Source: an uncultured Nitrospinota bacterium (GTDB lineage Bacteria; Tectomicrobia; Entotheonellia; J063; CAVPRW01). From it: DNA of 64,000 nucleotides. The position numbers and the translations under genes were made by a program. Shown one piece after another: positions 9,419-20,223 of this stretch. Numbering within the stretch: the stretch's first letter is position 1; each line of letters begins with the position of its first letter. The stretch lies in contig CAVPRW010000010.1 of the NCBI GenBank assembly GCA_963707985.1, positions 288,001 to 352,000 on the forward strand. Direction: 5' to 3'. The notes under the pieces are model-generated. The model had not been told where the DNA came from and searched no databases. It saw nothing but the letters and a program-made list of their open reading frames with translations.

Positions 9419-10345
9419 ATGAACCTACATGTGTTTGCAGGCAATCCGCTTGACCGTAGTGATGTCCAACGCCGAGATCAGCAATGGCTCGAGGCCCAAG
9501 CGAAAAACCCTCAGAGCCGTTTCCTGCCCCTCTGGCAGCTGAACGTGTTGCTCTGCTCTGAGCCGGAGACCCGCCTTGGCTGGCTGAGCCCTGCCGATAT
9601 CGAGCGCCTGGAGATCGACGTCCCTCCGGTGTTCCTCGGCCAGCACGACGGCGTGGCGCACTTCGCCATCGATATTTCTCAGCTTGGCGACCCGCCACAC
9701 GAATTGGACCTCGATCAGGCCTGGCGGTTCGAAGAGGCGAGGGCTGCGGCCACACAGCTGAGCTCCGCCGAAACCGGCATCCTGGCGCAGAGCCGAGCGC
9801 AGATCGACTGGCACCGACGCCACCAATTTTGCAGCGTGTGCGGCCAGCGGACGGTCCAAGGTCGTGGCGGGCACGTGCGCCAGTGCTCGGGCTGCAAAGC
9901 GGAGCATTTTCCTCGTACCGACCCGGTCGCCATCATGGTCGTGTCCGACGGGGCTCGGTGCCTGTTGGGTCAGAGTCGCGGAAGGCTGTCGCGAACGGGG
10001 ACGTATTCCGCGTTGGCGGGCTTCATCGACCAGGGCGAGTCGATCGAAGAAGCGGTCCGCCGCGAAGTAAAGGAGGAGGCTGGCATCAAGGTGGGGCAGG
10101 TCCGTTACCATTCATCACAGCCCTGGCCCTTTCCCTCATCGCTGATGATCGGCTGTCATGGCAAGGCCCTGAGCACCGACATCCACATCGATGCCGGAGA
10201 GATGACCGACGTCCGGTGGTTCAGCCGCGATGAGGTTCTGGCCGCGCTCACGGGCGAACACCCGGACCTGCGGGTGCCGGCGCCGATTGCTATCGCGCAC
10301 CACCTGATCAAGGCCTGGGCCGAAGGCGACGTCCGCCTGGACTAA
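9419..10345 (+). CDS. nudC: NAD(+) diphosphatase NudC
   Basis: FCSVCG...C..C zinc ribbon, FPRTDP, AGFIDQGESIEEAVRREVKEEAG Nudix box, SQPWPFPSSLM. Confidence 0.95.
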   Translation: MNLHVFAGNPLDRSDVQRRDQQWLEAQAKNPQSRFLPLWQLNVLLCSEPETRLGWLSPADIERLEIDVPPVFLGQHDGVAHFAIDISQLGDPPHELDLDQAWRFEEARAAATQLSSAETGILAQSRAQIDWHRRHQFCSVCGQRTVQGRGGHVRQCSGCKAEHFPRTDPVAIMVVSDGARCLLGQSRGRLSRTGTYSALAGFIDQGESIEEAVRREVKEEAGIKVGQVRYHSSQPWPFPSSLMIGCHGKALSTDIHIDAGEMTDVRWFSRDEVLAALTGEHPDLRVPAPIAIAHHLIKAWAEGDVRLD

Positions 10346-10468
10346 TCCAGGCGACAGATGCGGCCGCCCCCCGCTTGCATCCTACCAGGTGCAGTGCTAA
10401 GGTGGAAAGCCTCATCTACTCGCCATCGACGAGCACCAGGGGCCGAATTCCCGAGTGGAGGGCAGCGT

Positions 10469-11284
10469 GTGACTGCAGGCACAGCAGGACCGCTTCAGGC
10501 ATCATGGAGCTGGCTTATCACGGTCACGGTGGTCGGTCTGGCGCTGCTGGCAACTCCTTTAGCGTTGATGGGACAACCGTTGCCAACACCGCAGCCGGAA
10601 GCAAAGATTCCGGTGGTGGTGCTGGACCCCGGGCGGGGAGGTGCCAATGTCGGGAGCAGCGGAGCGACTGGGCTGTTGGAAAAGGATGTCACATTGCAGC
10701 TGGCCATTGAGGCCGGACGTCTCATCGAGGATTTGCTTGGAGCCCACGTCGTCCTCACCCGTACCGATGACACCGACGTGCCTCTCGATGCGCGCGCCGC
10801 GACGGCCAATCAGGCTGGTGGGGATCTCTTCATCAGCCTCCATGCCAGTGGCTCACTCGCAACGGCGCGACGGGAATTTCAGACCTTTTACTTCAATGAT
10901 CTCCAGGAGAAATCGCCTGCTGGACGCGAGCCGGAGAACGAGCGCGAGGTCACCGGTGAAGGAGGACCGCGGCGCCGCGGAGCGGCGGCGACGCCACCAG
11001 CCATCCTGTGGGATCAGGCACAGGTCGATTTTCTCGAGACCAGCCAGATGCTGGCACGCCTGCTGGATAAAAATCTACGGGCGCAGGTCGCAGAAGAGGG
11101 GCGAGGAGTCTTCGGTTTGCCTATCCTGTTGCTCCGCTGGCTGCGCATGCCGGCTGTGCTGCTGGATATCGGGACACCAAGCGATCCGGGCTTCGAAGCC
11201 AAACTGCGTGATGATGCCTATGTGCAGCGCGCTGCCTTGGGCATTGCGCAAGCCGTGAACGACTTTCAAGCGCTACAGCACTAA
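10469..11284 (+). CDS. N-acetylmuramoyl-L-alanine amidase (Amidase_3), possibly inactive
   Basis: VVLDPGRGG, EKDVTL, LTRTDD, R...AN....DLFISLH, MPAVLLDIG; N-terminal hydrophobic segment. Confidence 0.85.
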   Translation: MTAGTAGPLQASWSWLITVTVVGLALLATPLALMGQPLPTPQPEAKIPVVVLDPGRGGANVGSSGATGLLEKDVTLQLAIEAGRLIEDLLGAHVVLTRTDDTDVPLDARAATANQAGGDLFISLHASGSLATARREFQTFYFNDLQEKSPAGREPENEREVTGEGGPRRRGAAATPPAILWDQAQVDFLETSQMLARLLDKNLRAQVAEEGRGVFGLPILLLRWLRMPAVLLDIGTPSDPGFEAKLRDDAYVQRAALGIAQAVNDFQALQH

Positions 11285-11293
11285 GGCATCGCC

Positions 11294-11896
11294 ATGAGGG
11301 GAGGTTACAGGGTCAGATCAATTCGGGCGAAGTCGAGGGCGAGTTCCTGGGGCTGGATTGGCGCGGGGATTCTGCTAGTGCTGAGCGTGGGAGCGCTATG
11401 GTGGTTGCTGGGGTTGCCTGGCATGAATCGTATGCCGCTCGATATCACCGAGCGTGGGAGCAATACCCCCCCTGGAGAGGATCTCAGTCTCTGGTTTGCT
11501 TCTCGACAGGAAGATGCGCTGGTCTTGGAGAGACGCCGCGTGCCTCCAAACCAGACTCCGATTGACCGGGTGAAGGCCAGCCTTGCGGAGTTGATTGCCG
11601 GACCCAAAAGCGCTGCTTTGCGAACGGTACCCGCCGAGGTGAAATTCCGTGAAGTCTTTATCGATGACCAGGGGACGGCCTACATCGATTTTAGCGAGGC
11701 GCTGAGGCAGACCCACCCAGGCGGGCCGTGGGCAGAAATGCTGACGCTGCGATCGATCATGCAAACCCTCGTGGCCAACGTCCCAGAGATTAAACGGGTG
11801 CAGATTCTGATCGAAGGACACGAGGTGGAGACCCTCGCCGGCCATATCGATATCCGTAGACCCCTTGACACGACCTGGATCATCAATCAACGCTGA
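11294..11896 (+). CDS. GerMN domain-containing membrane protein
   Basis: N-terminal TM segment; [40 protein letters not shown]. Confidence 0.88.
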   Translation: MRGGYRVRSIRAKSRASSWGWIGAGILLVLSVGALWWLLGLPGMNRMPLDITERGSNTPPGEDLSLWFASRQEDALVLERRRVPPNQTPIDRVKASLAELIAGPKSAALRTVPAEVKFREVFIDDQGTAYIDFSEALRQTHPGGPWAEMLTLRSIMQTLVANVPEIKRVQILIEGHEVETLAGHIDIRRPLDTTWIINQR

Positions 11897-11916
11897 GTCA
11901 GGTAGAGGAGAGATGT

Positions 11917-12714
11917 GTGAGAGCTGATGGGCGACAACCCGACGAGTTACGACCGGTACGTTTCACACGTCACTTCAATAAATACGCTGAAGGCTCGGTT
12001 CTCATCGAGGTTGGGGATACGAAGGTCATCTGTACGGCGAGCGTTGAAGAGGGGGTCCCGCCATTTCGTCGGGACAGCGGCGAGGGCTGGCTGACGGCGG
12101 AGTACGCGATGTTGCCACGGTCCACGGGCACACGCAACCCGCGCGAATCGGCGCGTGGACGTATTGGCGGACGAACGCATGAAATCCAGCGGCTGATCGG
12201 CCGTTCGCTGCGAGCGGTAGTGGATTTCCAGAGGTTGGGGCAGCGCACTGTCTGGATCGATTGCGATGTCATCCAAGCTGACGGGGGGACGCGCACAGCA
12301 TCGATCACCGGGAGCTTTATCGCCGTCTTCGATGCCCTGGAGCACCTGCATGCGCAGGGCGTCATTCCGGAGGTTCCGCTGTGGGATTATGTGGCAGCGA
12401 CCAGTGTGGGCATCGTTGCCGAACAACCCCTCCTTGATCTGAGCTATGAGGAGGATTCAGCCTGTGAGGTCGACATGAACGTCGTCATGACCGGTGCTGG
12501 ACGGTTGATCGAGGTACAGGGGACGGCCGAGCACCAACCGTTTGCACGAGAGGATCTGGACCAGTTGCTGGATTTGGCGACGCACGGTGTGGATCAACTG
12601 GTTGCCCTGCAACGCGGTCTCATTGGGGAGGATGGTTTTGCGCTTAACGCTCCTCGTCGGAACCACGAATTCGGGAAAGCTCGTCGAGATCCAGAGAATC
12701 TTGTCGGGGCTTGA
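11917..12714 (+). CDS. rph: Ribonuclease PH
   Basis: [55 protein letters not shown]. Confidence 0.97.
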   Translation: MRADGRQPDELRPVRFTRHFNKYAEGSVLIEVGDTKVICTASVEEGVPPFRRDSGEGWLTAEYAMLPRSTGTRNPRESARGRIGGRTHEIQRLIGRSLRAVVDFQRLGQRTVWIDCDVIQADGGTRTASITGSFIAVFDALEHLHAQGVIPEVPLWDYVAATSVGIVAEQPLLDLSYEEDSACEVDMNVVMTGAGRLIEVQGTAEHQPFAREDLDQLLDLATHGVDQLVALQRGLIGEDGFALNAPRRNHEFGKARRDPENLVGA

Positions 12715-13258
12715 CCTCGACCTCCGCCCGTTGGCTGATTTCGAGCCAGCACCCGAGGTGGTCGAGGACGGTCTGACCTATCATGACAACGCCGTCAAGA
12801 AGGCACAGACGATCGCTGCCTGGAGCGGTCAGCTGACCCTGGCGGACGATTCTGGCCTGGAAGTGGCGGCCCTAGGGGGCGAGCCTGGCGTCCGTACGGC
12901 ACGGTTTGGCGGCCCTGGGCTGAGCTCCCGTGAGCGCTGCCTGTATCTGCTGGAACGTCTGCACGGTGTCCCGGACCGCCAGCGGCAAGCGGTCTTTCGC
13001 TGTGTGGTAGTGCTGATGGAGCCCGCCGGGCGGATGATCGTGCGTGAGGGGCAGTGTCCAGGGGTGATCGGGCATGACCTGCGAGGTGAAGGCGGCTTTG
13101 GGTATGATCCGCTCTTCTGGTTGCCGGAGCACGGATGCACGTTTGCCGAGCTGTCATCGGAGCAAAAGGACGCGAGCAGCCACCGCGCCAAGGCGCTGCG
13201 AGCCTTGATTCCGGTGCTCACCGTGCTGGCTCAGGGCGGTCCATGGCCGGAAGAATGA
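12632..13258 (+). CDS. rdgB: Non-canonical purine NTP pyrophosphatase (RdgB/HAM1)
   Basis: [36 protein letters not shown]. Confidence 0.95.
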   Translation: MVLRLTLLVGTTNSGKLVEIQRILSGLDLDLRPLADFEPAPEVVEDGLTYHDNAVKKAQTIAAWSGQLTLADDSGLEVAALGGEPGVRTARFGGPGLSSRERCLYLLERLHGVPDRQRQAVFRCVVVLMEPAGRMIVREGQCPGVIGHDLRGEGGFGYDPLFWLPEHGCTFAELSSEQKDASSHRAKALRALIPVLTVLAQGGPWPEE

Positions 13259-13334
13259 GCCTTGCGGTTTTTGCCGCGGTGTGCTAGATATACTGCACCT
13301 TCTTGAAGGTGCCGGGAAGTGGTTGCAAGTCAGT

Positions 13335-13413
<79 letters not shown>

Positions 13414-13425
13414 TATGACGCACAA

Positions 13426-13499
13426 GCGCCCGTAGCTCAAACGGATAGAGCACGAGCCTTCTAAGCTTGGGGTTGCAGGTTCGATTCCTGCCGGGCGCG
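13426..13499 (+). tRNA. tRNA-Arg(TCT)
   Basis: GCGCCCG...CGGGCGC acceptor, CGAGC-CT-TCT-AA-GCTTG anticodon arm, GGTTCGATTCC. Confidence 0.93.
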
Positions 13500-13540
13500 C
13501 TGGCTCGGGCGCTCTCCCTACGGACGACCGAACGGTTGAT

Positions 13541-13614
13541 GGTGGGCGTAGCTCAGCGGCAGAGCACTGGGTTGTGGCCCCAGGGGTCGCGGGTTCAAAT
13601 CCCGTCGCTCACCC
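13541..13614 (+). tRNA. tRNA-His(GTG)
   Basis: G-1 start GGTGGGCG, CTGGG-TT-GTG-GC-CCCAG anticodon arm, GGTTCAAATCC. Confidence 0.93.
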
Positions 13615-13623
13615 TTTGTACAA

Positions 13624-13915
13624 TTAGCCATTAGCGCGCTCCTGATCGGACGGTTGAGAGCCAACTATGAGTGAACTTTGGGTTTCGAGCTTCTGAGAGG
13701 CTTCCAAGAGGTCACCATCGCTCACAATCGCATACCGACGGTAGACGCTCTCGGAGCGATGGCCTGACACTTTGGTCGCCTCCGAAAGGGGAACTCCCAC
13801 ACGCTCCACGTTCCGAATGGCAGTACGTCGAAAATCGTGCCGCAGCATTCCAGGGCATCCGTCCTTCTTACATGCGGTTTTCCAGGCTTTCTTGAAGCCC
13901 TTAATTCTCGCCCCC
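13624..13915 (-). pseudogene. C-terminal remnant of a tyrosine recombinase (phage-type integrase)
   Basis: FKKAWKTAC..GCPGMLRHDFRRTAIRN...SGHRSESVYRRY carries the HxxR, H and Y catalytic motifs; stop lies 10 bp from the tRNA-His 3' end. Confidence 0.85.
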
Positions 13916-14082
13916 TTGAATCTTCCCTCTAAGCTCGACTTTCGCCCTTTGTACGGTCAAGAGTCGGAAATTTGCACGGTCCTACCGGCAAGAGTCGGAA
14001 GCCGGCAGGGAAGAACAGGCTTTCATGGTGAAATAGTCGCAAGCCTCTGTCTCCCTCGGACAACCCACGCTCTGGAAGCGGT

Positions 14083-14225
14083 TTGAGCATGAAGGTTCCT
14101 AATGTTGCCTTGCCCATCCTGACAAGGCTTCGGCCGACGTGTTCCCCTCCCCCCTCCCATCGATGCCTTGGCCTCCTGGTTAGCGCTCTGCTGACGACGG
14201 GGAGACGGACTGTCGATCATCGCCT
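14083..14225 (+). pseudogene. N-terminal fragment of a DDE transposase (IS701-like)
   Basis: VALPILT....SPPPSHRCLGLLVSALLTTGRRTV resembles the N-terminus of this family. Confidence 0.5.
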
Positions 14226-14419
14226 GTTTGGCTTCAACCGAATCAGGCAGCTTTTTTTTCTACCGTTGTAAACTAGCTCAACATAGTGAGTTGTAAGATT
14301 GAAACATCGTAGCAGGTGATAATCCTTTAGAATCAGGTGGTGCCACGGTGGTGACTAGCGCAAAATGCGATCGAGAAGCTCGTAACTGGCTGAAATGACT
14401 AGGGCTGCCCCAGGCCCAG

Positions 14420-16198
14420 TCACGTCTCAAGAGTGAGTTTTACACCGGTAGTTTTGTTCAGCCACGCTAGGTCCATCGTGAGGCGGCCGATGGCTGTAGA
14501 GTGCTTCCTCTCGTTCGCGGCCACGGTGGTGACTGGCCGCAGCCGGCTGAATGGCGGGCTCCACCACGAGCCGCGGCCGTTTTCACTCCCGGCCTGTGAG
14601 CCAGGCCCGTATGGTTGTTTCCTGCGGCTCTCGGCGGCGTGGGCTGAGCCCCACCAAGCGACGCAAGCGTGGCACGCCTGTCTGCACCCGTGCCTGCGAC
14701 CACGTCCCCTAGACATGCTGCCGCAGGGTATCGAGGCCGAGGCCGGTCAGCACCCAACGACTGACCGGCCGAGGCGCCCTGGGCGTGTCGGTGGGCAAGT
14801 GCGCCCGGCTCATGGCCATCGCCTCTTCTGGCAAGGCCCAGGCCATGAGCCACGCCCGGACCGTGGCTTCCACACTGGTGGGGGGGGTACTCCGGATGTG
14901 ATGGAGCTGGAGCAACGGTTTCATTCGTTGACACACGAGTTCCACGGGCCAGCGTGCCCGATACAGGCGCAGGACGTCGCCCAGCGACCACGCAGTGGCG
15001 GCCAGCGTGGGGACGAGTCGCACCCACGCCGCCAGGCGTCACGCCGTCGCGCTCGGCGTCCGCCCCTGCGTTTGGGCCTGGTGCCGCACCCGTCGCCGGG
15101 CGATGGCCGCGGCCGCGGGCGGGAGCTCAGCGGCCAACAGCCGGACGGCATCGCGCTGGTGCTGCCAGGCGCACCACCCATGCCATGCCCGCGTGGCCGG
15201 GCCTGGCGGCTGCAGCCATGGCACGACCTCGAAGGCCTCCCCCGCCACCGTGTCCAGCGGGAAGGTGGCGGGTGTGCCCCGCAGCACACTGTGCGCCTGC
15301 GGGTGGGTCGCGCTGGCGACGCTCGCACGGTCGCCAGCGCCGTGGTCGGCGACCGCGAGGTCACCGGGCTGCAGGGCAACGGGCACCAGACGTTCGCCCC
15401 CGTACCGATCCGTCACACGGACCTGGGCGAGCCGGCCCGCGGTGCAGTCATACGCCACAGGCAGCCGCCAGTCGTCCCCCGTGCCGCCCGGCTGCCGGAG
15501 CGTGCTCGCCTCCACGCGCAGCACACGGCCCCGAGGGCAGGAGGACTGCGGGGCGACCGCCCGTGGGGTGGCCCCCAAGGCGCTCAGGCGCCAGAGCCAC
15601 CAGGGATGACAGGCCCGCAACCGTTTGCGCCAGGCGGTCTCTGCGAGATCCGCGAGCCCGATCAGCACGGCCCAAGCGCCGAGACGCCGGGTCGACAGGG
15701 CGCCTAGGACATCGGCCAGCACCGCCCGCAAGAGGTCGACCGGGGTGGCGAGGCCGCGCACCCGTTGGAAGGCTTGATGCGTGCGGGCCTGGGCGGCGAG
15801 ATCCGCAGGCAACCGTGGCACCACCTCATGGGCCCACGTCTCCTCCACGAGCGCCAGTGGTGCCTCACCGGGACGATCGGTCTGATGGGTCAAGACCCGC
15901 AGAGACACCTCCGGAAGATGGTCATGGTCTGGCCACCATCATCTGAGCGGAAGGCCTGTGCTGGCCCTAGTCTCCATTGTTGAGGCGCTTCAGTTCGCGC
16001 CTATGGGATGTACCCCCTGCTCGCTGGCCAGTTCATGGATCATTTTCAACCCCTTCTCGGCTTCCGGGGCCAGTTGAAACTTCAACTGCGCACTATACTG
16101 ATGGCGTTGCTTCGACATTGATTTGACCCTCCACTGGCTGGGTTGTGTAGCGTTTCTTTCCACCTTCACCACTGGTCCAGTTTTTGGGGTCAATTATA
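14420..16198 (-). mobile_element. IS3-family relic: left end and split orfA
   Basis: IRL-like TATAATTGACCCCAAAAACTGGACC at 16198-16174; MSKQRHQYSAQLKFQLA.EA.KGLK.I.ELASE.GVHP from 16118; C-terminal IGRLTMDLAWL.K near 14500-14450. Confidence 0.7.
14583..16005 (-). mobile_element. IS4-family element (degenerate transposase) inserted in the IS3 orfA
   Basis: End-like CATAGGCGCGAACTGAAG at 16005; [38 protein letters not shown] (Y..RW..E..FK-like motif). Confidence 0.8.
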
Positions 16199-16283
16199 GG
16201 AGTACCCGTTGAGCCATACTCCGCGGTGCTGCCGTGCTCCCCTTTGCTGCGCTCTGGTGGTCGCTTAGCAACGCGGCTGGCCT

Positions 16284-16529
16284 CTATGCGATAGATCCTT
16301 CCGCCGATACAGGCTCGCATAGGTAAAGGGAAAATTCTGCAACAACCAATTCCACGAAAAAGGGATAGTTCGTGATGAACTCTTCAATCGTATGCTTGCT
16401 CTCGTTGCTCCACCAGAAACCCTGCCAATTCCCGTGCTCTTGCCGATACGCCCACTCAATTTTCCCACTTTCCAACATACGCACCCGAGCGACAAGATCG
16501 TCATGCCGAAAAACATCATATATTCTCAT
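16284..16529 (-). CDS. Hypothetical 81-aa protein in an AT-rich island segment
   Basis: ATG-started ORF with protein-like composition; no motif recognised. Confidence 0.45.
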   Translation of the reverse strand: MRIYDVFRHDDLVARVRMLESGKIEWAYRQEHGNWQGFWWSNESKHTIEEFITNYPFFVELVVAEFSLYLCEPVSAEGSIA

Positions 16530-16664
16530 CGACTTGTGTCACTCTCATGATCATAAAATACCAAATTATACCATTTTTCACTCCTTTCTATATCGCCAGA
16601 TTTTTTGCGGGCATGAGTTTCCACGAGAGACCACCTCTCAGAGTTCACTTTCGGGTATACTAAC

Positions 16665-16845
16665 TTACGGTTGGCTCAAATTTTGAGGGATTTCAAAAAT
16701 TATGGTAGGGTCTCGGTCGTAGAGAAGGAACACTGGTGAGAGCATCCGTTGCGGCGTTATGGCGGCTGAGACGCCACCGTGCGGCTGGAGCGGGACGACC
16801 ATGCGACGGGGTTGATCCGTTTGTTGTCCATCGGGTTGAAGGTTC
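16665..16845. mobile_element. IS1634-like transposase scraps in both orientations
   Basis: Plus-strand LERDDHATGLIRLLSIGLKV and minus-strand C-terminus ...EIPQNLSQP* resemble IS1634-family transposases as I recall them. Confidence 0.55.
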
Positions 16846-17910
16846 CCTGGGATCCTGCGTACTGTGGCGGGAAGCTGCTTGAGGAGGACGCGTACGCCCG
16901 GAATTTCGTCGAGGTTGAGGCGGTGGAGGCGATGGGCTGGGACTATATTTGGCTTGGGGGCGGTCACTTTTCCAAGCAGGCGAGTATGGATCCGCAGGTG
17001 CTCCTGCTTGCCGCGGTGATCGCCGGCCGCACCCGTCGGATGAAGATCAGGTCGTCCGTCCACCGCCCGGTGTTGAGGCAACCCGGAGAGACGGCCGCCG
17101 CACGAGCACTGCCCCATGAACGATACGCGTTTGATCATCTGATGCTGGAAGACCCCTTACAGGTCGCGGAACAGGTCGCCATCGTCGACCAGGTCAGCCA
17201 AGGTCGGTTCATTTACGGCGTGGGCGGGCGCACGCGCGGCTCTGAGGCCCGTCGGGAGCACTTCTTTGAGTTCCTGGAGGTCCTGAAGCAGCTCTGGACG
17301 GAGGAGCACTTCTCTGGGTTCGAGGGGCAGTATTACCACTACCCCGCGTTCTACGAACCCTACCTCGCCATCCCGAAGCCCTACCAGAAGCCCTATCCGC
17401 CCATGTTGCTGCCCGGTGGATAGCCAGGAGAGCTTCGTGCCCATGGGCACCAGGGGCTATCGCATCGCCATCGGAGCTGGCAGCTCTCCGCACAACCTCA
17501 GAGGCTCCACGGTGCTCAAGGAAGACGTCAAACGCTACCGGCAGGCCTGGAAGGACGCGGGGCACCCCGGCGACCCGACGACCGTGGTCCGCATCCCCAC
17601 CCTATTGGCCGACACGACCGCGGAGGCCACGCGCCAGACGGAGGCCCTCATGCATCTCTCCCGGCGCTATTACGCCGGACGGGTGGGGATCGGCAGCACC
17701 GACGCGGGCTCAGCTAGCCCCGAGGCGACGGAGGAAGTCAACCTCTTTGGGACACCGGAAGAAGTGGTCGACAAGATTCAGATGCTCCAGGACGACTTTA
17801 GCACCGACGAGATCATGTTCGAGGTCAACTGGACGTCATCGGTCCCGCGCGACGTCGTGATGAATACCATGCGGATCCTCACCGACAAGGTGATCCCCAA
17901 GTTCAAGTAA
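16840..17910 (+). pseudogene. Luciferase-like (LLM class) flavin monooxygenase, 5'-truncated and frameshifted near 17415
   Basis: AAVIAGRTRRMKI, DPLQVAEQVAIVDQVSQGRFIYGVG, PKPYQKPYPP, FGTPEEVVDKI, VIPKFK. Confidence 0.8.
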
Positions 17911-18108
17911 CGCCAGGAACCCTTCACGCTGTGCACGGTCCGAGCGCCCATGGGTGCCAACACCGTGACAGAATATCTCGCCATGTTTGTCGAATCCATG
18001 GGTGAGGGCGAACACGACCGCCCAGTAAGACGTCTGCCGTCTCCTGATCCCTGGCGGAAAGGAACGCGCCAGCCGGAGAGGCGCAAGGGCATCGCTCTGG
18101 AGCATTCG

Positions 18109-18666
18109 TCAACGTTGTTTCGATGCAAGCACCGCGACCGCAGCCTTGCAGCGCTCCGGCCAGAGCGCCGCGATGATGTTGGCCGTCCGCGCTCCCCAAT
18201 CATACCCGGCGAGGATCGCTTTCTCGATCTTCAGCGCATCCATCAACGCGATGATATCGAGAGCGACCACCGACGGCTGGGCATTCCGGAAGGTTCCACT
18301 GGCAAGAAAGCGCGTCGTGCCGTAGCCGCGCAGATGCGGCACGATCACCCTGTAGCCCGCCGCCGCCAGCACAGGCGCGACATCGACGAAGCTGTGAATA
18401 TCGTAGGGCCAGCCGTGCAGAAGCATGACCGGAGGCCCATCGGTGGAGCCGGCTTCAGCGTATCCAACATTCAGGACGCCGGCGTCGATCTGCTGCAGTG
18501 CGCCGAATGACGTGTGCGTCCCGGGCTTCATCGTGGTCGCATCTGCCGGGTGTATCGTGCTGGATTGTGCGTCCGCAGAACCGATTCTGACGGGCTTGGC
18601 GGCAGCAATGGTCATGACCGCAATGCCCAAAAAGCGGCGGCGATCATGGTTGATTTCCCCGGACAT
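18109..18666 (-). pseudogene. Alpha/beta hydrolase (epoxide hydrolase-like), C-terminally truncated, Tat-like leader
   Basis: DRRRFLG leader; LLHGWPYD, LRGYGTT, GYDWGAR; homology ends after ERCKA. Confidence 0.8.
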
Positions 18667-18715
18667 TGATCTCTCTCCAATTGGATTCAAAGCAGTTACG
18701 AAAAGACGGTTCGGA

Positions 18716-19801
18716 TCAGCCGAACGTGAACGCAAAAGCCTCCACGCCCGAATCGAGAAACTCGATCTCGAACTGTCGATCAGCGATGGGCTTCGGTTGT
18801 CGGATCAGCTGATACAGCCGCTGTTCGGTAACCGTGCCGTTGCCTTGGTCGTCAACGTCAATGCCGTGAGCAGCGCCCGGCGGCTGTCCATCGATGAGCA
18901 CGCGAAATCGCACGGAAGTTCCTCGCGCTGCCGGTCCCATGACGAGATGAAGATCGCGGGCGTGAAAGCGGTACGCGATCCGCCCGTTGGCCTTGTTCAG
19001 CACAGTGGCCTGTTTCTTCACCGTCCAATCACCCGAAAGGGCCCAATGATTGAGTCTCAACCGCGCGGGGGCAGCATAGACGCGACGCTTGTCCAATACT
19101 GCACCACCGGGAGACGCAAAGTTCTCGGTGCGCTCATAGCCGACATAGTTTTCCGGAGACTTCAAGCTGCCCCAATCGGCGGCAGCTTCCGCACCACGGG
19201 CATCGACCGAAACCAGTTCATGACCGATGCCGCCGATTCCGGCCTCGGCCAGCAATTGTTGAATAATCCTTTCCGACTGTTCGTATTCGCCCTCGCCGAA
19301 TTGATGATGTCGAATATGCCCCTGCGCATCGACGAAATAGAGGGCCGGCCAATATTCGTTCTTGAAAGCACGCCATATCGCATGGTCGTTATCGATCGCG
19401 ATCGGATAATCGACCCTCATGTCCTTCGCGGCTCGGCGAACGTTATCGACGTTTTTCTCAAATGCGAACTCAGGCGCGTGCACGCCGATCACCACCAATC
19501 CTTGATCCTTGTATTTCTCGGCCCACGCGCGGACATAGGGAAGTGAGCGTAGCCAATTGATGCAGGTATAGGTCCAGAAGTCGATGAGGACGACTTTTCC
19601 GCGCAGGCCGGCCGCCGTCAATGGCTGCGAATTGAGCCACTCGGTCGCGCTGCCGAGAGAAGGCAACTCACCTTCAATGGGTAATTGAACCGCTGCGGGC
19701 GTCATCTGCTGCACCACGCTTTTGTCCTCGGCTAAGGTCTCGATCGGAGCCCCGATTGCGCTGGCGAGTATCGCGGCGAGCAAGAGCTGGTTTGCTTTCA
19801 T
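18716..19801 (-). CDS. DipZ-like thioredoxin/redoxin domain protein
   Basis: GKVVLIDFWTYTCINWLR (CxxC reduced to CINW), VIGVHAPEF, YWPALY, FGEGEY, C-terminal AFAFTFG. Confidence 0.88.
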   Translation of the reverse strand: MKANQLLLAAILASAIGAPIETLAEDKSVVQQMTPAAVQLPIEGELPSLGSATEWLNSQPLTAAGLRGKVVLIDFWTYTCINWLRSLPYVRAWAEKYKDQGLVVIGVHAPEFAFEKNVDNVRRAAKDMRVDYPIAIDNDHAIWRAFKNEYWPALYFVDAQGHIRHHQFGEGEYEQSERIIQQLLAEAGIGGIGHELVSVDARGAEAAADWGSLKSPENYVGYERTENFASPGGAVLDKRRVYAAPARLRLNHWALSGDWTVKKQATVLNKANGRIAYRFHARDLHLVMGPAARGTSVRFRVLIDGQPPGAAHGIDVDDQGNGTVTEQRLYQLIRQPKPIADRQFEIEFLDSGVEAFAFTFG

Positions 19802-19840
19802 GATGGATGCCTTCCATATGGTTGGATGTGTCGACAATGT

Positions 19841-20068
19841 GCGTATCCACCATTCAGGACGCCGGCATCGATCTCCTTCAATGCGCCGAATGACGTCTGC
19901 GTCCCCGGCTTCATCGTGGTCGCATCTGCTGGGTTTATCCGGCTGAAGTGTGCGCCCGCAGCACCGATCATGACGGGCTCGGCGGCAGCGATGGTCTTGA
20001 CTGCAGTGCCTAAAAAGCGGCGGCCATCATGGTTGATGTTTGCGGACATTGATCTCTCTCCACTTGGA
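19841..20068 (-). repeat. Second, diverged copy of the hydrolase 5' region (repeat of 18458-18685)
   Basis: MSANINHDGRRFLG...MKPGTQTSFGALKEIDAGVLN versus MSGEINHDRRRFLG...MKPGTHTSFGALQQIDAGVLN; both copies are 228 bp. Confidence 0.9.
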
Positions 20069-20223
20069 AATAGCCTGCCCGATAAACACGGCCAGGCCAC
20101 ATCCGTAACAGGTCCGGCGTGAACCAGGTTGATCGCACATCGATGTTGCCGCGTGTGGCGTGGGAATGCGCGCACGCGTTGTGCGCGCCGCCCACCTGGC
20201 TCCAATTAGCGCAGCGATCTGAA

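Noticed and set aside
14433..15946. Long plus-strand ORFs of 424 and 330 aa, and similar long antisense ORFs elsewhere (e.g. 18425-19546, 44692-45720, 60904-61923)
   Set aside because: These are shadow frames of GC-rich genes or transposase relics on the opposite strand, with no recognisable motifs.
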